From NCBI GenBank assembly GCA_963977445.1, contig CAXBPH010000048.1, positions 1 through 33,478 of the forward strand: a DNA stretch of 33,478 bases. Direction: 5' to 3'. The DNA is from an uncultured bacterium (GTDB lineage: Bacteria; Hydrogenedentota; Hydrogenedentia; Hydrogenedentales; JAEUWI01). Each line of letters opens with the position of its first letter. The first letter of the stretch is position 1. Of the stretch, positions 1 to 8,033 are shown in pieces. The position numbers were made by a program, and so were the translations under genes. The notes beneath the pieces were generated by a model. The model was given only the letters and a program-made list of their open reading frames with translations. It was not told the origin of the DNA and searched no databases.

Positions 1-54
1 CTTCACCTTCACCTTCACCTTCACCTTCACCTTCACCTTCACCTTCACCTTCAC
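1..54 (-). repeat. Coding hexamer microsatellite (CTTCAC)x9 encoding a (Gly-Glu)n linker
   Basis: Nine perfect CTTCAC copies from base 1 to 54, in frame with the minus-strand CDS as GGT GAA. Confidence 0.97.
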
Positions 55-1429
55 CGCCGGCCGTTACGGCGAAGTTCCCCAGTAATACGCCCTCGTCGCC
101 CTGGCTGGCGTTGGCAAAGCGAACGGCAGCACCATTGGACAAGGGGTTGGAGATGGTGAGATAGAGTGCATAGGTGCCCGTGCCCAAGCCATGGTTGGCG
201 AGTGACAACGTGAACTCGTCCGCATTGCCATCGGCCGCTATAGTGCGCACATCCCAGGTGGGTGGTCCCAACGTCGTGTCGGCTGCGCCAGCCTTACGAG
301 CAATGAGTTGGAAGGGCCAGGGATAGTAAAAGGGAGTTAGGCCGCGATTTTCGATTCGGACGCCCAGAGAGAGGGTGCCCGCTGTGGTCGTGTCGGGCAG
401 ATTCACTTCGCTCACGAAGAACTCATAGCCGGTTCGCTTGGCACCAGCGATAGCGCGGGCAACTTTGGCACTGCTCCAGCCGTTGCTGCCGCCGTTTTCA
501 CCTTCGAAGGCCTGGTGATAGAGGAGCCAGGCCACGTGGGTGGTATTCACCGCCGTGGTGAAGTCTTCGGGGGCTCCCGTGGGTTCGTCGAAGACGACCT
601 GCTGAAAATCAGGTTGTACTTCGCCGCCGTTGGGCAGGGTCATCCAGCGCAGGTCCAGGTTGTTTGCGATCATGCGACTCCAGAAGTGGTAGTCAACCGG
701 GGGGAGGGTCGCGTTGGTGAAATCATCGTCGTGGAAGCCAATATTCCTTCCCGAGACGGTGGCCATCGGTTCATGGCCCAAGACATCTTGTGAGACCAGA
801 ATATGGGTCTCGTCAAAGGCATTGTCATAGGCGGTTAAGATGCGATTCTGCGTGGCAACACTGGGGAGGAGTTCTTCTTCGGGGAAGGTGTGCCATTCGC
901 CCCAATGGCCCAGCACGCCTAGTTGTATGAAACCAATACGCGGGTCCCCGTCATAGCGGGATCCGAAGGCGGCTATAAAGGACTCCAATGCGGTGACCAG
1001 ATTCGCGTTGTCGTAGTCGGGGCTCATGCCCTGACCGCTACTGCCGTTGTAGGCCGTCACTTGAAGGCCGCCATCCAGAAGGAATTGGGGTATTGAGGTG
1101 TCCGTGTCGGGATAGTCGAGATAGACCCGAATGACCGCCTGATGTCCCCGGCTGGCGATATCATTTAGCAGGGGCTCGAGGCCGGTCTCGAAGGTGAAGG
1201 TGTTGGGTCCGCTCATGAGGGTGGCGAAGCCGACATAGTCGAATTCCATGCTGTAGGGAAAGGTGGTGTATTCACCGGTGAAGGGCATAAAACCCTTCAG
1301 AGGATTGTCCGCCGGGGCCTTCTCCGCGTCGTAGGTGAGGGGCGTCCACCCGGCGTCGGGCAGGTTCTGGCCCGATGCGGGAAGATGAAACAGCGCGAGG
1401 GTACCCATTGCGAGGAGTAGAAAACGCAT
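2..1429 (-). CDS. Secreted DUF4832/DUF4874-type (GH-A clan-like) protein with Gly-Glu linker; 3' end lies outside the window
   Basis: Translated by hand; absent from the ORF track because it has no stop in the window. ATG at 1429 gives the signal-peptide-like MRFLLLAMGTLALFHLPASG, then DNPLKGF, RVYLDYP, SPDYD, YDGDPRIGFIQLGVLGHWGEWH, IGFHDD, GGE, KRTGYEF and ENRGLTPFYYPW, and it runs into GGEGEGEGE at the window edge. Confidence 0.8.
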   Translation of the reverse strand, partial: MRFLLLAMGTLALFHLPASGQNLPDAGWTPLTYDAEKAPADNPLKGFMPFTGEYTTFPYSMEFDYVGFATLMSGPNTFTFETGLEPLLNDIASRGHQAVIRVYLDYPDTDTSIPQFLLDGGLQVTAYNGSSGQGMSPDYDNANLVTALESFIAAFGSRYDGDPRIGFIQLGVLGHWGEWHTFPEEELLPSVATQNRILTAYDNAFDETHILVSQDVLGHEPMATVSGRNIGFHDDDFTNATLPPVDYHFWSRMIANNLDLRWMTLPNGGEVQPDFQQVVFDEPTGAPEDFTTAVNTTHVAWLLYHQAFEGENGGSNGWSSAKVARAIAGAKRTGYEFFVSEVNLPDTTTAGTLSLGVRIENRGLTPFYYPWPFQLIARKAGAADTTLGPPTWDVRTIAADGNADEFTLSLANHGLGTGTYALYLTISNPLSNGAAVRFANASQGDEGVLLGNFAVTAGGEGEGEGEGEGEGEGEGE

Positions 1430-1579
1430 CACGGACCTGCTTTCATGTCATTTCTGACCGGTGTCGGGTGGTGTCTGACTTGGTTCGATTATGCCTCACG
1501 GGTTAGGATACACCCTCCGTGGCGCCATGCCAAGTCGCATGGGCGGGTAATTTCTCTAACAGCACCAGATGGAATTCGA

Positions 1580-4138
1580 ATGACTACTGCCCTTGGTGAA
1601 AATGTTCTCACCCGCATTGCGCCCGCTGCAGCCCTGCGCATGCAGGAAGCCATCGCGGAAACGGGTGGGCGTGAGGTCTTCTTTGCGGGGGGACTGGACA
1701 GCCAGGGCCGCGTGGCGGAGGTGCGTGTCTGTGCCCGGGGTCATGAATCTGCCGTGCCCGCCCTTTTTGAGACCTTGAATGTCCGTGATGTGGTTATCCA
1801 CAACCACCCGTCTGGAGAATTGGCCCCCAGTGAGGCCGACGTGCAATTGGCGGCCATGTATAGCGCCCACGGCCACGGCGTATTCATCGTAGACAACGAA
1901 GTCACCCGTGTCTATGTGGTGGTCGAACCCTTCCTTCCCAAAGAAGCCTCCCTGCTCTCGGTTAGTGAATTGGGGGCCATGTTTGCGCCGAACGGCATAA
2001 TTGCCCGTACTTTGCCCGGTTTTGAAGTGCGCCCCCAGCAGATTTCCCTGATGGAAGCCACGGCAGAAGCCTTTAATCAGAACAAAGTCGCCGTCGTGGA
2101 GGCACCAACGGGCGTGGGGAAGACCTTCGCCTATTTGTTGCCCGCGGCCCTCTGGGCCCGGCGAAACAAAGAGCGGGTGGTAATCTCCACGCGAACCATC
2201 AATCTCCAGGAACAGATCGTCGAAAAAGACGTTCCATTGATTAGAAAAGCTATTGATGAGCCCCTGGAAGCCTGTCTTGTGAAAGGACGGGGCAATTACT
2301 TGTGCCTCCGCAAACTCGACCGGGCCCTCACCGAAGCCAGCCTGTTGGACGACGAAGCAACCCGTGACCAGCTCACGGCGATTGGCGAGTGGGCGGAAAA
2401 GACCGAAGACGGCAGCCGTTCGGACTTGCCTTTCATGCCGGGTCGGGAAGTGTGGGAGCGGGTCTGCTCCGAATCCGACAGTTGCAGTCGTGGGCGTTGT
2501 CCCGATAACAAACGATGTTTCGTGGGTAAGGCCCGCCGGGAGATGGCCAAGGCCGACTTGCTGGTGGTCAATCACCATATGCTTTTTTCCGACATCGCCA
2601 TCAAGCAGGAAGCCGGTGACTTTACGGCCCAGGCGGTATTGCCCCACTACAAGCGGGTGATTTTTGATGAGGCCCACAGTATCGAAGACTCGGCGACAGA
2701 GTATTTTGGGGTTTCGGCCACCCTATTGGGCGCCAAAGCGACTTTCGGGCGTTTCCTTCGGCAGGAGCGCCGTCAGGAACGGGGCCTGATTCCCACAATT
2801 AAGGCCATGATCATCAAAGAGTGCCCCCAGCTTTCCATGGATCGCTTTGAGGCCATACAGAAGCTCATGGAAGAGCAGCTGAAGCCGTCCCTTCATGAAA
2901 GCCGCGACCTGGTGGAAATCGCCTTTACGGCATTGCGCGAACTGGCGTCCATGGCGAGCCGGGAGATCGGGCGCGATATCAAATGGCGTCTGACGGAGGA
3001 GGTGCTCCTCGACAAGCGCCTGCGGAAGGTACACAACGACCAGATTGTTCCTGCGGTAGATAGTGTTACGCGATTGCTGCAACATGTCAACGAACTCCAC
3101 CGGCGATTGCGGTCCATACCGCCTAAGGAAGGCGAAGACGAGCCGCCCCTGGTGGCCGAGAAGGCCCAGCTACAGGCCTATGGTGCCCGACTGGAACGCA
3201 TTGCTAATGCCCTGTTGGAAGGTACCAGCGAAGAACTGAAGAAGAACACAGTACGCTGGATTGAGGTGGACTCGCGGAATGACCAGATGGTACGCATTGC
3301 CCGATGCCCCCTCGATGTGGGGCCGCCTCTGGCGGAGTGGGTCTATGGCCATCTGGATACGGTGGTGTTGACCTCGGCTACCTTGACGGTACAGCGCCAA
3401 TTTGACTATTTGTTTCAGCGTCTTGGCCTGGACCGCGTGGAAGAGGGCCGCACCACCACGGCCCTGCTGGATTCCCCCTTTAACTATCGCGAACAGGCCA
3501 TGCTGTGTCTCTTCGATGATTTAGTGGACCCCGCCAACCGGAATTTTCTGGAAGAGTCGGTGGGGGCTATCCGGCGCACCCTGGAAATTACCAAGGGTCA
3601 TGCTTTTATCCTGTTTACCTCCTTTTATGCCCTGGATTTTACCTACAAGCGCCTGGCAGATGACCTCCGGCAGGCAGGTATTACGCCCTTGAAACAGGGG
3701 GAAGCGGGACGTACGCAGTTGCTGGATCGGTTTCGGGCCGACGCGAATAGTGTGCTTTTTGCGACCGATAGTTTCTGGGAAGGGGTAGACGTTGCTGGAG
3801 ATTCTTTGCAGTGTGTTATACTCCCGAAATTACCCTTCCGTGTGCCCACGGAGCCTATCCAGCAGGCGCGATCGGAAGCGATCGAAGCCAGTACGGGAAA
3901 CGCCTTTATGGGCTATTCGGTTCCCCAGGCCGTCATCAAGTTTCGCCAGGGATTCGGTCGGCTCATACGCCGTAGAAGTGATCGAGGTATCGTGGTTGTC
4001 CTTGATCAACGTGTAATTACCAAACGCTATGGCCGGGTCTTTATTACGTCGCTTCCGAACCTCCGTATCGTGCAGGGTGATCAAGACACCGTATTTGAAA
4101 AGATGGAAGAGTTTTTTCGCAAACCAGATGAGGATTGA
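1580..4138 (+). CDS. dinG: DinG/YoaA-family Fe-S DNA helicase with N-terminal JAB/MPN (RadC-like) domain
   Basis: N-terminal E...HNHPSGELAPSEAD JAB motif; Q-motif FEVRPQQ; Walker A EAPTGVGKT; KGRGNYLC and a Cys cluster for Fe-S; DEAH; SATL; FWEGVD; KLPF; QGFGRLIRR. The start is more likely ATG 1580 than the track's 1445. Confidence 0.9.
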   Translation: MTTALGENVLTRIAPAAALRMQEAIAETGGREVFFAGGLDSQGRVAEVRVCARGHESAVPALFETLNVRDVVIHNHPSGELAPSEADVQLAAMYSAHGHGVFIVDNEVTRVYVVVEPFLPKEASLLSVSELGAMFAPNGIIARTLPGFEVRPQQISLMEATAEAFNQNKVAVVEAPTGVGKTFAYLLPAALWARRNKERVVISTRTINLQEQIVEKDVPLIRKAIDEPLEACLVKGRGNYLCLRKLDRALTEASLLDDEATRDQLTAIGEWAEKTEDGSRSDLPFMPGREVWERVCSESDSCSRGRCPDNKRCFVGKARREMAKADLLVVNHHMLFSDIAIKQEAGDFTAQAVLPHYKRVIFDEAHSIEDSATEYFGVSATLLGAKATFGRFLRQERRQERGLIPTIKAMIIKECPQLSMDRFEAIQKLMEEQLKPSLHESRDLVEIAFTALRELASMASREIGRDIKWRLTEEVLLDKRLRKVHNDQIVPAVDSVTRLLQHVNELHRRLRSIPPKEGEDEPPLVAEKAQLQAYGARLERIANALLEGTSEELKKNTVRWIEVDSRNDQMVRIARCPLDVGPPLAEWVYGHLDTVVLTSATLTVQRQFDYLFQRLGLDRVEEGRTTTALLDSPFNYREQAMLCLFDDLVDPANRNFLEESVGAIRRTLEITKGHAFILFTSFYALDFTYKRLADDLRQAGITPLKQGEAGRTQLLDRFRADANSVLFATDSFWEGVDVAGDSLQCVILPKLPFRVPTEPIQQARSEAIEASTGNAFMGYSVPQAVIKFRQGFGRLIRRRSDRGIVVVLDQRVITKRYGRVFITSLPNLRIVQGDQDTVFEKMEEFFRKPDED

Positions 4139-4141
4139 GGG

Positions 4142-5509
4142 ATGCAAGCTGATATTCGTGTAGATATTTCCCGGGCAAAATCTGCCGCTGTAAGTAAAGA
4201 TCATGGGATCACCCCCGCGGAACTGACCGCTATTGAACCCCGGGTGCTCGAAATCCATAAGATTTTGAAGAAAGAGCGGCAGGAAAAGGCCTATGGCTTT
4301 TATGACCTTCACAAGGACAAGGACAGCATTAACCAGGTCAAGGCGATTGCCGAGAAATACAAGGCGTTCAGCTACGACAACATCGTTGTCCTGGGTATTG
4401 GTGGCAGTGCGCTGGGCATTACCGCACTGAACACGGCCCTTAACCCGGCCTATTACAATCTCATGTCGAAGCGCGGTCGTAAGGGCAATCCCCGCCTCTT
4501 TGTGATGGACAATATCGATCCCGTCACATTCCGGGCCATGTTGCGCATCTGCAACCCGAAGAAGACCCTCTTCAATGTGATCTCCAAGTCGGGCGGCACG
4601 GCGGAGACCATGTCCCAGTGTATGATTGTACTCGATATTCTTGAGAAGAAACTGGGCAAGGAAGAAGTTAAGAATCACCTGGTGGTTACGACCAGTCCTC
4701 AGGAAGAAGGCGCGCCCAAGAGCTTGCTTCACCCGGTCGCCAAGGCCTATGGCCTGGACAGTTTTCCCATTCCATTGAATGTGGGCGGCCGTTTCTCCGT
4801 GTTTTCTCCGGTAGGGCTCTTTCCGGCCGCTATGCTGGGCATGGATATCGATGAGATGATGGCCGGTTGTGATGCCATGGACAAGCGTTGTTCCGTGGCC
4901 AGCCTTACCGAGAATCCCGCGTACTTGCGTGCGGCCGTCCAATACCTGATGGATACGGAGAAGGGCAAAGTCATGTCGGTCATGATGCCCTATGTGGATA
5001 GCCTGCGCGACGTGGCCGACTGGTATCGTCAGCTTTGGGCGGAAAGCCTCGGCAAGAAATACAGCCTGGACGGGGAAGTGGTCTATGCGGGCCAAACGCC
5101 CATCAAGGCTCTTGGTGCGACGGACCAGCACTCCCAGGTCCAGTTGTATCGCGAAGGCCCCAACGACAAAATTTTCAATATCCTTGAGGTCGGGCGCTTC
5201 GACAAGACCATGCGGATTCCGGAAGCCATGGAGAACGTGGAAGAACTGGGATACTTGCGTGGCGTTACCATGAATAAACTCATGAGTGCCGAGCTGCGCG
5301 GTACGTTGGATGCCCTCAAAGCAAGCGAGCGTCCGGTAATTCGCACCATCCTTCCGAAAGTAAACGCCCACACCCTTGGCCAATTGCTTTACCTGCTCGA
5401 AGTGGAAACGGCCATGGCCGGTCGTCTCTACAATGTGAACACCTTCGATCAGCCCGGTGTGGAAGAGGGCAAGATCATTGCCCGCAGCCTCATGGGAGGG
5501 CAGGGGTGA
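4142..5509 (+). CDS. pgi: Glucose-6-phosphate isomerase
   Basis: LGIGGSALG, ISKSGGTAET, VGGRFSVFS, QLWAESLGK, TDQHS, FDQPGVEEGK. Confidence 0.97.
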   Translation: MQADIRVDISRAKSAAVSKDHGITPAELTAIEPRVLEIHKILKKERQEKAYGFYDLHKDKDSINQVKAIAEKYKAFSYDNIVVLGIGGSALGITALNTALNPAYYNLMSKRGRKGNPRLFVMDNIDPVTFRAMLRICNPKKTLFNVISKSGGTAETMSQCMIVLDILEKKLGKEEVKNHLVVTTSPQEEGAPKSLLHPVAKAYGLDSFPIPLNVGGRFSVFSPVGLFPAAMLGMDIDEMMAGCDAMDKRCSVASLTENPAYLRAAVQYLMDTEKGKVMSVMMPYVDSLRDVADWYRQLWAESLGKKYSLDGEVVYAGQTPIKALGATDQHSQVQLYREGPNDKIFNILEVGRFDKTMRIPEAMENVEELGYLRGVTMNKLMSAELRGTLDALKASERPVIRTILPKVNAHTLGQLLYLLEVETAMAGRLYNVNTFDQPGVEEGKIIARSLMGGQG

Positions 5510-7107
5510 ACGAGGCTCCGAAAGCCGAATTTACACTGGAACCCGAACGACACCTCCTGCCCTTTGGGGTGGGAGGTGATTATATCGGTGCGCGGCGTGC
5601 CCGTCGTGCCTTTCGCCTCCTCGTGTTTGCTACCCTGGGGCTGACGGCGAGCTTATACTTTTCGGAGCACTATCTGCGCTATGGAATGAGCGAAGTGCAG
5701 TATCGAATGGCCCTCACGCACGAAGATGATTCCCAGCGGGCAATTCTGCGTAACGTTGTGCGGCGAGACGCCGAAGACCACGATATTCCTACGCCGAAAT
5801 ACGTTGCGGCCCTGGCCTATATTGAAGAAGAAGATCTGGTTTTGGAGCGCTATGCCCAGGCCATCGAACTGGCGCCAGATGATACGGAGCTGCTTACGGT
5901 ATACGGGTGCAAGCTTTTTCAGATGGGCGACCACAAAGGGGCGCGCCGTATTTTTCGTGATGCCGGTCTGAAAACGACCGACAATGCCTTGCCCGACTAT
6001 CTCCAGGCGGCGGCCATTGCGGCCTCGTCGTCGTCGGAAGAAGACTTCAGGACGGCAGTCGCTCTGATTGCCCGCACCAACGACAGCAAGGAAGCCATTG
6101 TATTCCCCAAGCCCCTGTGGCACGACAGCCTGCCGCGACGGGGGTATTGGTACTACGACCTACAGTTTGAGATGGAAAAGCTTTGCGCTGCGCCCCTGTA
6201 TACGTTAAAAAATATTGTTGCAAAACGCGTGCAGACCGAGCTGCGTGAGGGGACAGGGCAGGGGGTCGAGAGTTGGATATATCCACTCCAGATGCTTGGT
6301 GAACGACTCGTGGGCCAGCCGGGAGAGGTCGCCGGTTCCTTTACGACCAGCCGCGTCCTGGCTGGATTAAATATTCAAGAAGTTGCCGTTCAACTGCGCC
6401 AGCAAGTGCTGGAGCGGAACGGGGCCAATCCCAACGACCAACTCGCTTCACGGGCTGCCGCACTTCGAGATGCGGTGAGCCTTGTCGTCCAATTTGAGGA
6501 GCGCCAGAAAGACGTTGAAATTACGCGAAAGCGTGTCGTGGCGCGTCCGGTCTATATGGCGTTTCTCGGTGCCTTTCTCCTCGCGTCGGCGTGCCTTCTT
6601 GCGATTTTGTTGAATCGGGTGTTTAATACCGACCGAAATGCGCGGGCGTTGCGGCAGACAGGGGGCGGAATCCGGGCGCTCGCCGCATGGATTCTCGTGC
6701 TGAGTCTTATTCTGTTCTCCGGCGCGATGGGGGCCTACGACGCCACCCTGAGCCTTGTGGCGTCTGGCCTGTGGGTCGTGAGTATCCTGGTGATCATTGT
6801 GATTGCCTTTGTGTATCCGGCGCTTGTACTTCCCTCGGCTACTTCCGTATGTCAGTCCTTTGTCGCAGAGCCGTCCTACAGTATAACCGTACTAGAAGCG
6901 CGCCGCTCGCGCCGCCGGGCCTATCTATCACTCGCTGGGCGCTATCTGAATATTGCACTCGGCGTCTATTGTTGCCTCCTTTGCGTCTGGGTGCTTTCAT
7001 TTCGTATCCTACACGGACTGTACCCTAGTGACACGAAATTCCTCGTGGACGGACTATCTACAGAGGTGCAGCCTCTCGTTAAGAGCATATTCCTGCTCTT
7101 GAATTAA
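5506..7107 (+). CDS. Membrane protein with TPR-like extracytoplasmic region, function unknown
   Basis: GTGA overlap with the pgi stop. One N-terminal hydrophobic helix, TPR-like ERYAQAIELAPDD and DNALPDYLQAA segments, and about 4 C-terminal hydrophobic helices. Confidence 0.75.
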   Translation: MNEAPKAEFTLEPERHLLPFGVGGDYIGARRARRAFRLLVFATLGLTASLYFSEHYLRYGMSEVQYRMALTHEDDSQRAILRNVVRRDAEDHDIPTPKYVAALAYIEEEDLVLERYAQAIELAPDDTELLTVYGCKLFQMGDHKGARRIFRDAGLKTTDNALPDYLQAAAIAASSSSEEDFRTAVALIARTNDSKEAIVFPKPLWHDSLPRRGYWYYDLQFEMEKLCAAPLYTLKNIVAKRVQTELREGTGQGVESWIYPLQMLGERLVGQPGEVAGSFTTSRVLAGLNIQEVAVQLRQQVLERNGANPNDQLASRAAALRDAVSLVVQFEERQKDVEITRKRVVARPVYMAFLGAFLLASACLLAILLNRVFNTDRNARALRQTGGGIRALAAWILVLSLILFSGAMGAYDATLSLVASGLWVVSILVIIVIAFVYPALVLPSATSVCQSFVAEPSYSITVLEARRSRRRAYLSLAGRYLNIALGVYCCLLCVWVLSFRILHGLYPSDTKFLVDGLSTEVQPLVKSIFLLLN

Positions 7108-7201
7108 CGTCGAGCGCCCTGGCAAAGGGCAAACCCTTAAGTTAATTGACGAATTTGTGATGTCTTGAAGGGTGAAAAAAGCGATTATTGTCACGTCAAA
7201 G

Positions 7202-7231
7202 TTGACAGACTTAAAATTCGAGCGATATAAT
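7202..7231 (+). promoter_or_regulatory. Sigma70-type promoter for the regulator/kinase pair
   Basis: TTGACA (7202-7207), 18-nt spacer, TATAAT (7226-7231): both hexamers match consensus, in an AT-rich intergenic region. Confidence 0.8.
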
Positions 7232-7345
7232 CACTATGACGGGCATCAAAGTACTAATTATGCGTTCCGGCGTCAGCTTGTACACCGAATTGCCACCCTC
7301 CATATCAACGGCGGACTGGGCGCATTCATTATAGGAGTGTTACTT

Positions 7346-7930
7346 GTGAGCGATCGCGAACAAAAAGCATACACAACGTTTGAGGCAGCCAAGATCTGCC
7401 ATGTAACCCACCACAGTATCAAAAACTGGATAAAGCAGGGTTTGATCAAAGCGTCTCGGACGCCCGGTGGTCATTATCGTATTCTTGAGGACGATCTCGA
7501 CCGTTTTCGTGAAAAGTACGATATGTTCCCCCGTGAGAAGGGCCCATCCCAGCAGCGTGTCATGATCGTCGATGATGATCCGGACGCCCTTGCCCTCATG
7601 GAAAATATCCTTACGGACGACGGATTCGAGTTGGTCAAAGTGAGCAACGCGACGGAAGTCGGGTTGAAAGCGGCTCAGTTGGGTCCCGACCTTATCCTGC
7701 TCGATTTCCTCATGCCGGAGATCAATGGATTTGAAGTCTGCAAGGCGCTTCGTGATAATGAGTTGACCAGAAGCATTCCCATTATGGCGGTCACATGTTT
7801 GTCTAAAGAGCAGGATATCGAACGTATATTTTCCTGTGGCGCGGATGAGTATCTGGCCAAGCCATTCCGTGTCGACCAATTGCTCGACAAGGTACGCGAT
7901 CTCATTGGACGCGGACGGGCCAGCGAGTAG
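7346..7930 (+). CDS. Response regulator with N-terminal excisionase/MerR-like HTH and C-terminal receiver domain
   Basis: AGGAG (7333-7337) precedes GTG 7346. YTTFEAAKICHV...KNWIKQG...RTPGGHYRI is an HTH_17 pattern; VMIVDDD, LILLDFLMP and YLAKPF form the receiver. The track start at 7172 would run through the promoter. Confidence 0.9.
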   Translation: MSDREQKAYTTFEAAKICHVTHHSIKNWIKQGLIKASRTPGGHYRILEDDLDRFREKYDMFPREKGPSQQRVMIVDDDPDALALMENILTDDGFELVKVSNATEVGLKAAQLGPDLILLDFLMPEINGFEVCKALRDNELTRSIPIMAVTCLSKEQDIERIFSCGADEYLAKPFRVDQLLDKVRDLIGRGRASE

Positions 7931-8033
7931 GGGATCATACCCACGCGCCGGGTGCTTTGGTACCAACTGTGGATACGGACATCTCGAAGCGGATTTCGAG
8001 AGCGGGAGTCCACATTAGTGGCAGGCGTGGAAT

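Noticed and set aside
515..793. 92-aa plus-strand ORF
   Set aside because: It lies antisense within the real minus-strand DUF4832-type gene.
1580..4138. Type IV CRISPR CasDinG or defence-island helicase
   Set aside because: There are no csf/cas or defence genes nearby, and the neighbours are housekeeping genes (pgi).
3830..5383. 517-aa minus-strand ORF, and similar antisense ORFs such as 1556-2677, 11751-12530, 27184-28014 and 29689-30708
   Set aside because: They are antisense shadows of clear genes (pgi, dinG, rhodanese, epimerase, PKD protein), as expected from codon bias in GC-rich DNA.
7115..7160. c-di-GMP-I riboswitch (AAAGGGCAAACCC)
   Set aside because: It lacks the following stem with GAAA tetraloop and the GACGCAAAGC segment, and it lies upstream of the promoter.
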